Of a stretch of 64,000 nucleotides of DNA, positions 21,201 to 31,164 are shown in pieces. The stretch lies in the NCBI RefSeq assembly GCF_054482595.1, contig NZ_CM137008.1. The stretch is one strand, 5' to 3'. The notes below the pieces were generated by a model. It worked only from the letters and a program-made list of their open reading frames with translations, did not search any database and had not been told where the DNA came from. How positions within the stretch are numbered: position 1 is the first letter of the stretch; each line of letters opens with the position of its first letter. The translations under genes and the position numbers were made by a program.

Positions 21201-22072
21201 ATATCCGGGCATTCGGGGAGCAGTAACGCCGCAAAAGGTTGCCGTGCTGGGGATAGCGTCGGAATGGCGGCGAGTACTTTATCTACACAGCGTTGCCACT
21301 CATCTTCTGAAGCGAGTGAAAGATGATGACATAGACGTTGATGCCAACTCGGCAGCGATTCTGCTTTGTGATTAGGTGGAATGATGGTGGTTACTGCGCC
21401 TTTTACTGGTTTATATCTAAGTTGAAGAGCGAGAAGGGCAATTTCAACGGCACTTTCCAGACCACAGCGAATGACTAAGTCATCGACCAGTTCATCTGCA
21501 GAGTAAGAGTTCCAGAAACTCCAGAGCAATGCTGCATCAGATTGTGCACTCCCTGTCTGTTGATTACCCTGAACTCGCATTTGTAACTCAGCAAAAGCCT
21601 GCTGCCAGTTTTCTGGATAAGAACGGTAATTGTTGGCGGGATCATATGCCCTGGTGTTATTCGCGATGAGCTGCCATATTTGACCATCTTTGTGCAGATA
21701 ATTGATCTCTCTGGGGCGAGAGCGATGAGGAAAAGCAAATCGATTAATATCGTCAGTTAGCCGAATGACCGCATCATCAGCCAGCCAGGGGCGTTGGTTT
21801 TTACTCTCAGGGGAAGTTTCAACTTCAGGAGTGGCTTTGGTAATGGGGGGGATATGCACGTTTGCTGAAGCATTTTCCACATAGCCTTTTTTCGTTTTCT
21901 CTGCGATCAGCTTAAGCTCCGCTTTTGCCGCTGCCGCAGCATCCGCAAAACTTTTTATCTGGCTTTGCCCGTTAGTGCCGACTTTGCCCCAGTTGATATG
22001 CAGCTCGTTTCCCTGCTGCTCAACCGCCCAGAATTTATGTGATTTTTCGTCCTGATAGATAAAGTGTCTCAT
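18272..22072 (-). CDS. molR: Giant WGR-domain / DUF4132-type protein (1266 aa), MolR-like (misnamed molybdate metabolism regulator)
   Basis: N-terminal MRHFIYQDEKSHKFWAVEQQGNELHINWGKVGTNGQ; position next to metG matches recalled K-12 molR, where it is a pseudogene. Confidence 0.75.
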   Translation of the reverse strand: MRHFIYQDEKSHKFWAVEQQGNELHINWGKVGTNGQSQIKSFADAAAAAKAELKLIAEKTKKGYVENASANVHIPPITKATPEVETSPESKNQRPWLADDAVIRLTDDINRFAFPHRSRPREINYLHKDGQIWQLIANNTRAYDPANNYRSYPENWQQAFAELQMRVQGNQQTGSAQSDAALLWSFWNSYSADELVDDLVIRCGLESAVEIALLALQLRYKPVKGAVTTIIPPNHKAESLPSWHQRLCHHLSLASEDEWQRCVDKVLAAIPTLSPARQPFAALLLPECPDIANAMALRYADQNVPAMTWLSMMVSDDVALAIQEKYGFPPLYNDFRKYLATLLANNGMRGVSRILLKLPVDYPVKYTDLFTHIHANAEDLVKWLWKTNHPDAIQILILGVNGKKKHLEYLSKACQKHPAAAIAAYATLLAIHENNEWRKALVKLITATPELVCEVIPWVNAKAAGILSECRPLPVAEECEYATVDMLPELLVAPPWVINKKKNVIPVFDLPVLPIPAVTDITPGITELISHTDISRFSEIAQYQASQQTLFTVLPLIEKESWETSFIPFTPEQQILWQLGFNEWLHCENDLHEKKYIPQSAVDALLRFDFPALKAEFAKYHNNANKSWNLSALCYLPGQQAISFLNQIIIEERYSGEKEILAVFGSTAIPAFMTCLQRDHQRLWIFTLFIGASELALPMAQRLQKKIAYKDAVNWLANNPRHAAAGLLPLALGKPCQNREYARQALLLLVKLNQRETIEEIAQGYNQPDVLSALATLFDSAPLEEYPAKIAPLPGFYQFTLWRRPRLKSNNLPLPDDAMRHLGTMLSFPRDITSYAGLAIIKETFTRESLADFGWDLYTAWTEAGAPAKENWAFTSLGILGNDDTARKLTPLIRAWPGESQHKRAVYGLDVLASIGSDIALMLLNGIAQKIKFVALQENASDRINMVAENRGLTMAELEDRLAPDLGLDSSGSLILDFGPRKFTVGFDETLKPVVCDANGKVLKDLPKPNQSDDKTLATDAVNLFKQLKKDVRAIASQQITRLEQAMCQRRRWTAEQFRLFLVEHPLVRHLTRRLLWGVYNDENALITCFRVAEDSTYSDAQDELFTLPAGNIGIPHVLEIPPESAAAFRQIYVDYELLPPFQQLERGSYHLADNERNVHELSRWNGRLCQAGRIVGLERRGWQRLEESGSVYAMRKSTPYGALELETEPFSLIYGETGYSDLLPVESVKITAPYDRYGKQSSPTFSMLDDITASELINDIESLFD

Positions 22073-22173
22073 TCTGCATCCCTGTAATTTTATCCAGTTG
22101 AATGCAGATGCTACCAGTATTTATGCGGGTTAGAGAGAGACAAAATCGTAAGAAAACAACTTTAGGAATTTAT

Positions 22174-22202
22174 AAAGAAAAGGCGCTGTCGATGCAGCGC
22201 CT
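22174..22202 (-). terminator. Intrinsic terminator downstream of metG
   Basis: Minus-strand hairpin aggcgctg-catcga-cagcgcct followed by a U-run (plus-strand aaaaa 22176-22180). Confidence 0.6.
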
Positions 22203-22212
22203 TGAAGGGGGA

Positions 22213-24246
22213 TTATTTCACCTGATGACCCGGTTTAGCACCGGCATCCGGGCTTAGCAGGAAAATATCTTTCCCGCCAGGACCGGCAGCCATCACCATG
22301 CCTTCAGAGATACCGAAGCGCATTTTACGTGGTGCCAAGTTAGCCACCATAATGGTGTGACGACCAATCAGTGCCTGCGGATCCGGGTAAGCAGAACGAA
22401 TGCCGGAGAAGACATTGCGTTTTTCACCGCCGAGATCCAGCGTCAGGCGCAGCAGTTTGTCAGAACCTTCAACAAACTCTGCGTTTTCAATCAGCGCCAC
22501 GCGCAGGTCAACTTTAGCGAAGTCGTCAAAGGTGATGGTTTCCTGAATCGGATCATCTGCCAGTGGGCCAGTAACTGGCGCGGCAGCTGCTTTCACTTCT
22601 TCTTTAGACGCTTCCACCAGTGCTTCAACCTGCTTCATATCGATGCGGTTATACAGCGCTTTGAACGGATTCACTTTGTGGCCCAGCAGCGGTTGCTGGA
22701 TACCATCCCAGGTCAGTTCCGTATTTAGGAATGCTTCTGCGCGCTCGGTCAGTTTCGGCAGTACCGGCTTCAGGTAAGTCATCAGCACGCGGAACAGGTT
22801 TATGCCCATCGAGCAAATTGCCTGCAGGTCAGCATCGCGGCCTTCCTGTTTCGCCACCACCCACGGAGCCTGTTCATCGACATAGCGGTTAGCCAGATCA
22901 GCCAGCGCCATAATTTCGCGCACTGCTTTACCAAATTCGCGGCTTTCCCACGCTTCACCAATCACTTCAGCGGCATCAGTGAAGGTTTTGTACAACTGCG
23001 GGTCAGCCAGTTCGCTTGCCAGCACGCCGTCAAAACGCTTATTAATAAAGCCTGCGTTGCGGGAGGCCAGGTTAACCACTTTGTTCACGATATCGGCATT
23101 CACACGCTGAACGAAATCTTCCAGGTTGAGATCGATATCATCAATGCGCGAAGAGAGTTTCGCAGTGTAGTAGTAACGCAGGCTGTCGGCGTCAAAATGA
23201 TTCAGCCAGGTGCTGGCTTTAATAAAGGTGCCGCGAGACTTGGACATCTTCGCACCGTTCACTGTCACATAGCCGTGAACAAACAAGTTGGTCGGCTTGC
23301 GGAAGTTGCTGCCTTCCAGCATTGCAGGCCAGAACAGGCTGTGGAAGTAAACAATATCTTTACCGATGAAGTGGTACAGCTCGGCGGTGGAGTCTTTCTT
23401 CCAGTATTCATCGAAGCTTACGCTGTCGCCGCGCTTATCGCACAGATTCTTGAAAGAACCCATGTAGCCAATCGGTGCGTCCAGCCAGACGTAGAAATAT
23501 TTGCCCGGCGCGTTCGGAATTTCAAAACCGAAGTACGGTGCGTCGCGGGAGATATCCCACTGTTGCAGGCCAGATTCAAACCACTCCTGCATTTTGTTTG
23601 CCACCTGCTCCTGCAACGCACCGCTGCGGGTCCATGCCTGCAACATTTCGCTGAAAGAGGGCAGATCAAAGAAGAAGTGTTCAGAATCACGCATTACCGG
23701 GGTAGCGCCAGAAACCACCGATTTCGGCTCGATCAGTTCAGTCGGGCTGTAGGTCGCGCCGCAGACTTCGCAGTTATCGCCGTATTGATCCGGGGATTTA
23801 CATTTCGGGCAGGTGCCTTTCACAAAACGGTCCGGCAGGAACATGCCTTTTTCCGGATCGTACAGCTGAGAGATGGTGCGGTTTTTAATAAAACCGTTTT
23901 CTTTCAAGCGAGTATAGATAAGCTCAGACAACTGGCGGTTCTCTTCGCTGTGCGTCGAGTGATAGTTGTCATAGCTGATGTTAAAGCCTGCGAAATCAGT
24001 CTGATGCTCCTGACTCATTTCGCCAATCATCTGCTCCGGGGTGATACCAAGCTGCTGAGCTTTCAGCATGATCGGTGTACCGTGGGCATCGTCGGCGCAG
24101 ATGAAGTTGACCTCGTGGCCGCGCATTCGCTGGTAACGGACCCAGACATCAGCCTGGATGTGCTCCAGCATATGGCCGAGGTGGATTGAGCCGTTAGCGT
24201 ACGGCAGTGCGCACGTCACCAGAATTTTCTTCGCGACTTGAGTCAT
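22213..24246 (-). CDS. metG: Methionine--tRNA ligase (677 aa)
   Basis: [29 protein letters not shown] (HIGH-type motif), KMSKS present; ORF trimmed to the ATG at 24244-24246. Confidence 0.95.
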   Translation of the reverse strand: MTQVAKKILVTCALPYANGSIHLGHMLEHIQADVWVRYQRMRGHEVNFICADDAHGTPIMLKAQQLGITPEQMIGEMSQEHQTDFAGFNISYDNYHSTHSEENRQLSELIYTRLKENGFIKNRTISQLYDPEKGMFLPDRFVKGTCPKCKSPDQYGDNCEVCGATYSPTELIEPKSVVSGATPVMRDSEHFFFDLPSFSEMLQAWTRSGALQEQVANKMQEWFESGLQQWDISRDAPYFGFEIPNAPGKYFYVWLDAPIGYMGSFKNLCDKRGDSVSFDEYWKKDSTAELYHFIGKDIVYFHSLFWPAMLEGSNFRKPTNLFVHGYVTVNGAKMSKSRGTFIKASTWLNHFDADSLRYYYTAKLSSRIDDIDLNLEDFVQRVNADIVNKVVNLASRNAGFINKRFDGVLASELADPQLYKTFTDAAEVIGEAWESREFGKAVREIMALADLANRYVDEQAPWVVAKQEGRDADLQAICSMGINLFRVLMTYLKPVLPKLTERAEAFLNTELTWDGIQQPLLGHKVNPFKALYNRIDMKQVEALVEASKEEVKAAAAPVTGPLADDPIQETITFDDFAKVDLRVALIENAEFVEGSDKLLRLTLDLGGEKRNVFSGIRSAYPDPQALIGRHTIMVANLAPRKMRFGISEGMVMAAGPGGKDIFLLSPDAGAKPGHQVK

Positions 24247-24377
24247 AGTAGGCATTACTTCTTAATAGTGAAAAGGGGTTAGATAGTACCAAATGGGAAA
24301 ATGTTAAGTAAGTACTTCTCTATATTCTTCAGGTAAACTATCAGCTGATGGTTTATCTATACAAAAAAGGAGTCGGG

Positions 24378-25487
24378 ATGAACGAACAATCCCAGGCCAA
24401 ATCACCAGAAGCCTTGCGCGCAATGGTCGCCGGGACACTGGCCAATTTTCAGCACCCAACCCTGAAGCATAACCTCACTACGCTGAAAGCGTTGCACCAT
24501 GTCGCCTGGATGGACGACACGTTGCATGTGGAACTGGTTATGCCATTCGTCTGGCATAGCGCGTTTGAAGAGTTAAAAGAGCAATGTAGCGCCGAACTGC
24601 TGCGTATCACCGGGGCGAAAGCTATCGACTGGAAACTGTCGCACAATATCGCCACCTTAAAACGCGTGAAGAATCAGCCGGGTATTAATGGCGTGAAGAA
24701 CATCATTGCGGTCAGTTCCGGTAAAGGCGGCGTGGGTAAATCCTCCACGGCGGTAAACCTGGCGCTGGCACTGGCGGCGGAAGGGGCGAAAGTCGGCATT
24801 CTGGACGCCGATATCTACGGCCCATCAATTCCCACCATGCTGGGCGCAGAAAATCAGCGTCCAACTTCGCCGGACGGTACCCATATGGCACCGATTATGT
24901 CTCATGGCCTGGCAACCAATTCAATTGGTTATCTGGTCACTGACGACAATGCGATGGTGTGGCGTGGACCGATGGCGAGCAAGGCGTTAATGCAGATGTT
25001 GCAGGAAACCTTGTGGCCGGATCTCGACTATCTGGTGCTTGATATGCCGCCAGGCACCGGTGACATTCAATTGACGCTGGCGCAAAACATTCCAGTAACT
25101 GGTGCAGTCGTGGTCACCACCCCGCAGGACATCGCGTTGATCGATGCGAAAAAAGGCATTGTGATGTTCGAGAAAGTCGAGGTTCCGGTGCTCGGTATTG
25201 TCGAGAACATGAGTGTGCATATTTGCAGTAACTGTGGTCACCATGAACCGATTTTCGGTACCGGTGGTGCAGAGAAACTGGCTGAAAAATACCATACACA
25301 GCTGCTGGGGCAGATGCCGTTACACATCTCCTTACGTGAGGATCTCGATAAAGGCACGCCAACGGTTATCAGCCGTCCGGAGAGCGAATTTACCGCTATC
25401 TACCGCCAGCTGGCTGACCGCGTTGCAGCTCAGCTCTACTGGCAGGGTGAAGTCATTCCAGGCGAGATTTCCTTCCGCGCGGTCTAA
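24378..25487 (+). CDS. apbC: Fe-S cluster carrier ATPase ApbC/Mrp (369 aa)
   Basis: P-loop GKGGVGKSST, CxxC motif (CSNCGHHEPIFG); RBS aaggag before the ATG at 24378. Confidence 0.9.
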   Translation: MNEQSQAKSPEALRAMVAGTLANFQHPTLKHNLTTLKALHHVAWMDDTLHVELVMPFVWHSAFEELKEQCSAELLRITGAKAIDWKLSHNIATLKRVKNQPGINGVKNIIAVSSGKGGVGKSSTAVNLALALAAEGAKVGILDADIYGPSIPTMLGAENQRPTSPDGTHMAPIMSHGLATNSIGYLVTDDNAMVWRGPMASKALMQMLQETLWPDLDYLVLDMPPGTGDIQLTLAQNIPVTGAVVVTTPQDIALIDAKKGIVMFEKVEVPVLGIVENMSVHICSNCGHHEPIFGTGGAEKLAEKYHTQLLGQMPLHISLREDLDKGTPTVISRPESEFTAIYRQLADRVAAQLYWQGEVIPGEISFRAV

Positions 25488-25515
25488 CGCCTATTAACCA
25501 TTCTGGTTATTCTTC

Positions 25516-25558
25516 ATACACCGCAGAGATGTTATATTGATGCGGTGTATTTGTTTTT
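25516..25558 (+). terminator. Intrinsic terminator after apbC
   Basis: tacaccgca...tgcggtgta stem followed by tttgttttt. Confidence 0.6.
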
Positions 25559-25748
25559 GCCGCATTAATGAACACTTATTTAATACTGCGAATATTCTGC
25601 GGACCTTCGTCCGAAACTCTACAAAGTCGATTGATCGTACAGGCAATGCTTCATTATCATCCTTCGTGCTGTGTAGTGGATGTACAGCTATAGTTTGTTA
25701 TGCACTCATTCTATCCAGGCATAACCTTTACTACAGGGATAACGTTCA

Positions 25749-26030
25749 ATGAATAAGTATTGGCTGTCAGGAATTATTTTTCTTGCCTATGGATTGGCTT
25801 CTCCCGCGTTCTCTTCAGAGACTGCCACATTAACGATTAATGGCAGGATCAGTCCCCCAACATGCAGTATGGCTATGGTTAATAGTCAACCTCAACAGCA
25901 TTGTGGTCAGTTAACGTATAATGTCGATACCCGTCATCAGGTTTCTTCGCCCGTCAAAGGTGTAACGACAGAAGTGGTTGTTGCAGGTAGTGATAGCAAA
26001 CGTCGAATCGTGTTAAATCGCTACGATTAA
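25749..26030 (+). CDS. yehE: YehE, small secreted protein (93 aa)
   Basis: N-terminal signal peptide (MNKYWLSGIIFLAYGLASPAFS). Confidence 0.75.
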   Translation: MNKYWLSGIIFLAYGLASPAFSSETATLTINGRISPPTCSMAMVNSQPQQHCGQLTYNVDTRHQVSSPVKGVTTEVVVAGSDSKRRIVLNRYD

Positions 26031-26060
26031 TTTGGCAACCTGATTTTAATTGCATTTAGA

Positions 26061-26100
26061 AAGCCGAAATCATTTATATAAATGATTTCGGCTTTTTTAT
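26061..26100 (+). terminator. Intrinsic terminator after yehE
   Basis: 15-bp perfect stem aagccgaaatcattt / aaatgatttcggctt followed by tttttt. Confidence 0.65.
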
Positions 26101-26322
26101 TGATATCAACAATACCATTTACATAAATCTACATTAATTAATAGATGCGATAAATATTTAATGCTCTTAAGCATTTGTTGTAATTATATTGCAATGGTTA
26201 ATTTGTTTTAAATCAATAAAACAATATGTTTACATTGCGGTAACTTTTTTGATGTGAGAAATTTGTTTCCAAGAGATACAGACTCTTAACAACCAAAAAT
26301 AAATTTTATTAAGGAACATATT
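26101..26322 (+). promoter_or_regulatory. AT-rich upstream region of the yehDCBA fimbrial operon (probable silenced promoter)
   Basis: Strongly AT-rich over more than 200 bp compared with the flanking coding sequence; exact promoter elements not assigned. Confidence 0.4.
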
Positions 26323-26865
26323 ATGAAACATTCAATCATTGCTGCCGCTGTCTTTTCTTCTTTTTTTATGAGCGCTGGAGTATTTGCTGCAGACGTTGAT
26401 ACCGGAACATTAACCATTAAAGGAAATATTGCAGAATCTCCGTGTAAATTCGAAGCGGGTGGTGATTCAGTAAGTATTAATATGCCAACTGTACCAACCA
26501 CTGTCTTTGAAGGTAAAGCTAAATATTCTACCTATGATGATGCAGTCGGTGTAACCAGCAGCATGTTAAAAATTAGCTGCCCGAAAGAAGTTGCTGGTGT
26601 AAAACTCTCGTTGATTACCAACGATAAAATAACTGGTAACGATAAGGCGATAGCCAGTAGCAACGATACTGTGGGTTACTATCTCTATTTAGGTGATAAC
26701 AGCGATGTCCTGGATGTTTCTGCACCTTTTAATATTGAGAGTTATAAAACAGCGGAAGGTCAATATGCTATTCCGTTTAAAGCAAAATACCTGAAACTGA
26801 CAGATAACTCAGTGCAATCAGGTGATGTATTATCTTCTCTGGTTATGCGTGTGGCGCAGGATTAA
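26323..26865 (+). CDS. yehD: Fimbrial major subunit YehD (180 aa)
   Basis: Signal peptide; fimbrial subunit-like size and composition (two Cys forming a probable disulfide, Tyr-rich C-terminus); RBS aagga. Confidence 0.85.
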   Translation: MKHSIIAAAVFSSFFMSAGVFAADVDTGTLTIKGNIAESPCKFEAGGDSVSINMPTVPTTVFEGKAKYSTYDDAVGVTSSMLKISCPKEVAGVKLSLITNDKITGNDKAIASSNDTVGYYLYLGDNSDVLDVSAPFNIESYKTAEGQYAIPFKAKYLKLTDNSVQSGDVLSSLVMRVAQD

Positions 26866-26898
26866 TAAATAAAATTGCAAGTTTCTCCAGGTAATAAA

Positions 26899-26927
26899 CA
26901 TGGCCGCTATCCCCATGGCGGCTTTTT
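26899..26927 (+). terminator. Weak hairpin plus T-run between yehD and yehC (candidate attenuator)
   Basis: gccgc / gcggc stem with a 10-nt loop followed by ttttt. Confidence 0.35.
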
Positions 26928-26945
26928 AATTTAAGAGGCATTAAA

Positions 26946-27620
26946 ATGAAAGGATTATCATCTTTACTCATTTTTTCTATGGTCCTTCCTGCACATGCCG
27001 GAATTGTTATCTACGGGACGCGCATTATTTACCCGGCAGAAAATAAAGAAGTGATGGTGCAGTTGATGAACCAGGGAAACCGTTCTTCGCTGCTGCAGGC
27101 GTGGATTGATGATGGCGATACGTCATTACCACCAGAAAAAATTCAGGTTCCTTTCATGTTAACGCCACCAGTGGCAAAAATAGGGGCAAATTCCGGGCAG
27201 CAAGTAAAAATCAAAATTATGCCGAATAAACTGCCCACTAATAAAGAAAGCATTTTTTATCTGAATGTTCTGGATATTCCACCAAATAGTCCAGAACAAG
27301 AAGGTAAGAATGCACTGAAGTTTGCGATGCAAAACAGAATCAAATTGTTTTACCGGCCGGCGGGTATTGCTCCGGTAAATAAAGCGACCTTTAAAAAGTT
27401 ACTGGTAAATCGCAGTGGCAATGGATTGGTGATAAAAAATGACTCAGCTAATTGGGTGACGATTTCGGATGTCAAAGCTAATAATGTCAAAGTCAATTAT
27501 GAAACTATTATGATTGCCCCCTTAGAAAGTCAGAGTGTTAATGTCAAAAGTAATAATGCAAATAACTGGCATCTGACCATTATCGATGACCATGGCAACT
27601 ATATTAGTGACAAAATTTAA
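26946..27620 (+). CDS. yehC: Periplasmic fimbrial chaperone YehC (PapD-like)
   Basis: Signal peptide MKGLSSLLIFSMVLPAHA; position between subunit and usher; RBS aagagg. Confidence 0.8.
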   Translation: MKGLSSLLIFSMVLPAHAGIVIYGTRIIYPAENKEVMVQLMNQGNRSSLLQAWIDDGDTSLPPEKIQVPFMLTPPVAKIGANSGQQVKIKIMPNKLPTNKESIFYLNVLDIPPNSPEQEGKNALKFAMQNRIKLFYRPAGIAPVNKATFKKLLVNRSGNGLVIKNDSANWVTISDVKANNVKVNYETIMIAPLESQSVNVKSNNANNWHLTIIDDHGNYISDKI

Positions 27621-27635
27621 TTGCAGGAACTGCCT

Positions 27636-30116
27636 ATGTTGAGAATGACCCCACTTGCATCAGCAATCGTAGCGTTATTGCTCGGCATTGAAGCTTATGC
27701 AGCTGAAGAAACCTTTGATACCCATTTTATGATAGGTGGAATGAAAGACCAGCAGGTTGCAAATATTCGTCTTGATGATAATCAACCCTTGCCGGGGCAG
27801 TATGACATCGATATTTATGTCAATAAGCAATGGCACGGGAAATATGAGATCATTGTTAAAGACAACCCGCAAGAAACATGTTTATCAAGGGAAATTATCA
27901 AGCGGTTAGGCATTAATAGCGATAACTTCGCCAGCGGTAAGCAATGTTTAACATTTGAGCAACTTGTTCAGGGTGGGAGCTATACCTGGGATATCGGGGT
28001 TTTTCGTCTCGATTTCAGTGTCCCGCAGGCCTGGGTGGAAGAACTGGAAAGTGGCTATGTTCCACCGGAAAACTGGGAGCGGGGTATTAATGCGTTTTAT
28101 ACCTCTTATTATGTGAGTCAGTATTACAGTGACTATAAAGCGTCGGGTAATAGTAAGAGTACATATGTACGTTTTAACAGCGGGTTAAATTTACTGGGGT
28201 GGCAACTGCATTCTGATGCCAGTTTCAGTAAAACAAATAACAATCCAGGGGCGTGGAAAAGCAATACCCTGTATCTGGAACGTGGATTTGCCCAACTTCT
28301 CGGCACGCTTCGCGTGGGTGATATGTACACATCAAGCGATATTTTTGATTCTGTTCGCTTCAGAGGTGTGCGGTTGTTTCGTGATATGCAGATGTTGCCT
28401 AACTCGAAACAAAATTTTACGCCACGGGTGCAGGGGATTGCTCAGAGTAACGCGCTGGTAACTATTGAACAGAACGGTTTTGTGGTTTATCAGAAAGAGG
28501 TTCCCCCTGGCCCGTTTGCAATTACAGATTTGCAGTTGGCCGGTGGTGGAGCAGATCTTGATGTCAGCGTGAAAGAGGCGGACGGTTCGGTAACCACCTA
28601 TCTGGTGCCTTATGCAGCCGTGCCAAATATGCTGCAACCCGGCGTGTCGAAATATGATTTTGCGGCGGGTCGTAGCCATATTGAAGGGGCGAGCAAACAA
28701 AGTGATTTTGTCCAGGCGGGTTATCAGTATGGTTTTAATAACTTATTGACGCTGTATGGTGGCTCGATGGTCGCGAATAATTATTACGCGTTCACTTTGG
28801 GGACTGGCTGGAATACACGCATTGGTGCCATTTCCGTCGATGCCACGAAGTCGCATAGTAAACAAGACAACGGCGATGTGTTTGACGGGCAAAGTTATCA
28901 AATTGCCTACAACAAATTTGTGAGCCAAACGTCGACGCGTTTTGGTCTGGCGGCCTGGCGTTATTCGTCGCGTGACTACCGGACATTTAACGATCACGTT
29001 TGGGCAAACAATAAAGATAATTATCGCCGTGATGAAAACGATGTCTATGACATTGCCGATTATTACCAGAATGATTTTGGTCGCAAAAATAGCTTTTCCG
29101 CCAATATGAGCCAGTCATTGCCAGAAGGTTGGGGTTCTGTGTCATTAAGTACGTTATGGCGAGATTACTGGGGGCGTAGCGGCAGTAGTAAGGATTATCA
29201 GTTGAGTTATTCCAACAACCTGCGACGGATAAGCTATACCCTCGCGGCAAGCCAGGCTTATGACGAGAATCATCATGAAGAGAAACGTTTTAATATTTTT
29301 ATATCGATTCCCTTTGATTGGGGTGATGACGTTTCGACGCCTCGTCGGCAAATATATATGTCTAACTCAACGACGTTTGATGATCAGGGGGTTGCCTCAA
29401 ATAATACGGGATTATCAGGAACAGTAGGGAGTCGGGATCAGTTCAATTATGGTGTCAACCTGAGTCATCAACATCAGGGAAATGAAACGACAGCTGGAGC
29501 GAATTTAACCTGGAACGCGCCGGTGGCAACAGTGAATGGCAGTTATAGTCAGTCGAGTACTTATCGACAGGCTGGAGCCAGTGTTTCAGGGGGCATTGTC
29601 GCCTGGTCGGGTGGCGTTAATCTGGCGAACCGTCTTTCCGAAACGTTTGCTGTGATGAATGCGCCAGGAATTAAAGATGCTTATGTCAATGGGCAAAAAT
29701 ATCGCACAACAAACCGTAATGGAGTGGTGGTATACGACGGAATGACACCTTATCGGGAAAATCACCTGATGCTGGATGTGTCGCAAAGCGATAGCGAAGC
29801 AGAATTACGTGGCAACCGGAAAATTGCCGCCTCTTATCGCGGCGCGGTTGTACTGGTTAATTTTGATACCGATCAGCGCAAGCCCTGGTTTATAAAAGCG
29901 TTAAGAGCGGATGGGCAACCATTAACGTTTGGTTATGAAGTCAATGATATCCATGGTCATAATATTGGCGTTGTCGGCCAGGGAAGTCAGTTATTTATTC
30001 GCACCAATGAAGTACCGCCATCGGTTAATGTAGCAATTGATAAGCAACAAGGACTTTCATGCACAATCACCTTCGGTAAAGAGATTGATGAAAGTAGGAA
30101 TTATATTTGCCAGTAA
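27636..30116 (+). CDS. yehB: Outer-membrane fimbrial usher YehB (826 aa)
   Basis: Large beta-barrel usher-like protein; ORF-track TTG start 27621 trimmed to the ATG at 27636. Confidence 0.85.
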   Translation: MLRMTPLASAIVALLLGIEAYAAEETFDTHFMIGGMKDQQVANIRLDDNQPLPGQYDIDIYVNKQWHGKYEIIVKDNPQETCLSREIIKRLGINSDNFASGKQCLTFEQLVQGGSYTWDIGVFRLDFSVPQAWVEELESGYVPPENWERGINAFYTSYYVSQYYSDYKASGNSKSTYVRFNSGLNLLGWQLHSDASFSKTNNNPGAWKSNTLYLERGFAQLLGTLRVGDMYTSSDIFDSVRFRGVRLFRDMQMLPNSKQNFTPRVQGIAQSNALVTIEQNGFVVYQKEVPPGPFAITDLQLAGGGADLDVSVKEADGSVTTYLVPYAAVPNMLQPGVSKYDFAAGRSHIEGASKQSDFVQAGYQYGFNNLLTLYGGSMVANNYYAFTLGTGWNTRIGAISVDATKSHSKQDNGDVFDGQSYQIAYNKFVSQTSTRFGLAAWRYSSRDYRTFNDHVWANNKDNYRRDENDVYDIADYYQNDFGRKNSFSANMSQSLPEGWGSVSLSTLWRDYWGRSGSSKDYQLSYSNNLRRISYTLAASQAYDENHHEEKRFNIFISIPFDWGDDVSTPRRQIYMSNSTTFDDQGVASNNTGLSGTVGSRDQFNYGVNLSHQHQGNETTAGANLTWNAPVATVNGSYSQSSTYRQAGASVSGGIVAWSGGVNLANRLSETFAVMNAPGIKDAYVNGQKYRTTNRNGVVVYDGMTPYRENHLMLDVSQSDSEAELRGNRKIAASYRGAVVLVNFDTDQRKPWFIKALRADGQPLTFGYEVNDIHGHNIGVVGQGSQLFIRTNEVPPSVNVAIDKQQGLSCTITFGKEIDESRNYICQ

Positions 30117-30129
30117 TAGTCAGGTGGTT

Positions 30130-31164
30130 ATGAATATTCGTATAATGTTATTTATAGTAATGATGATGGTTATGCCTGTGAGTTATGCTGCATGTTATGG
30201 CGAGTTGTCAGCACAGCATAATTTGGTTGTTCAGGGGGATTTTGCGCTAACTCAAAATCAAACAGCAACTCATACATATACTTTTAATGATACTTCTTGC
30301 GTCAGTACTAATACAGTAGCGCAGATAGACCCCTCGGATATTGTGATTGGACTCTATAATGACACCATCAAACTTAAGTTGCATTTTGAATGGGAGAAAA
30401 AAGGTAGCATCACGCTTTCAAATAACCAAACTAGTTTTACGAGTGGATATAATGTCACTGTGACATCGGCAGCGAGCGATGCCATAGTGAATTTGTCTGG
30501 TGGGGGAAGTGGATCTCTCATGATTAACAGTGTCGCGACATTAAGCAGTGCTTCATCATCTACTCGTTTGGCTGCTTTTTTACAATTTGCAGGTTGTTTT
30601 CTAGGCGGCACCTCATGGGATATCTGTGTGCAAAACTATAAAAATGCATTATCAAAAAATGCAGGTGTCTATTCCTTTAATCTGGCATTGTCATATAACC
30701 CGATAACAACGACCTGCAAACCTGATGATTTATTAATTACTTTAGAGAGTATTCCAATTTTACAATTACCAACCACAGGTAACAAAGCAACAATAAATAG
30801 CAAAAAAGGGGATATTATTCTGCGCTGTAAAAATTTATTAGGTCAGCAGAATCAAACATCACGGAAAATGCAGGTGTATTTATCAAGTTCTGACTTGTTA
30901 ACCAACAGCAACACAATACTGAAAGGTGCGGAAGATAATGGCGTAGGATTTATTCTTGAAAGTAATGGTTCGCCAGTCACACTTTTAAATATCACTAACA
31001 GCAGTAAAGGATACACAAATTTAAAAGAAATTGCGGCAAAGTCAAAACTTACAGATACAACGGTTTCAATTCCGATAACAGCCAGTTACTACGTCTACGA
31101 TACAAACAAAGTTAAATCTGGCGCACTGGAGGCAACCGCACTAATCAACGTGAAATACGACTAA
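30130..31164 (+). CDS. yehA: Fimbrial subunit / putative tip adhesin YehA (344 aa)
   Basis: Signal peptide MNIRIMLFIVMMMVMPVSYA; C-terminal fimbrial subunit-like region; ORF trimmed to the ATG at 30130 after the yehB stop. Confidence 0.8.
   Translation: MNIRIMLFIVMMMVMPVSYAACYGELSAQHNLVVQGDFALTQNQTATHTYTFNDTSCVSTNTVAQIDPSDIVIGLYNDTIKLKLHFEWEKKGSITLSNNQTSFTSGYNVTVTSAASDAIVNLSGGGSGSLMINSVATLSSASSSTRLAAFLQFAGCFLGGTSWDICVQNYKNALSKNAGVYSFNLALSYNPITTTCKPDDLLITLESIPILQLPTTGNKATINSKKGDIILRCKNLLGQQNQTSRKMQVYLSSSDLLTNSNTILKGAEDNGVGFILESNGSPVTLLNITNSSKGYTNLKEIAAKSKLTDTTVSIPITASYYVYDTNKVKSGALEATALINVKYD

Noticed and set aside
23197-24189. 330-aa plus-strand ORF inside metG, and similar long antisense ORFs inside yegQ (49952-51025), mdtD/mdtC (55036-55647) and mdtB
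   Set aside because: These are antisense shadow ORFs within well-supported conserved genes, with no RBS and low-complexity translations.
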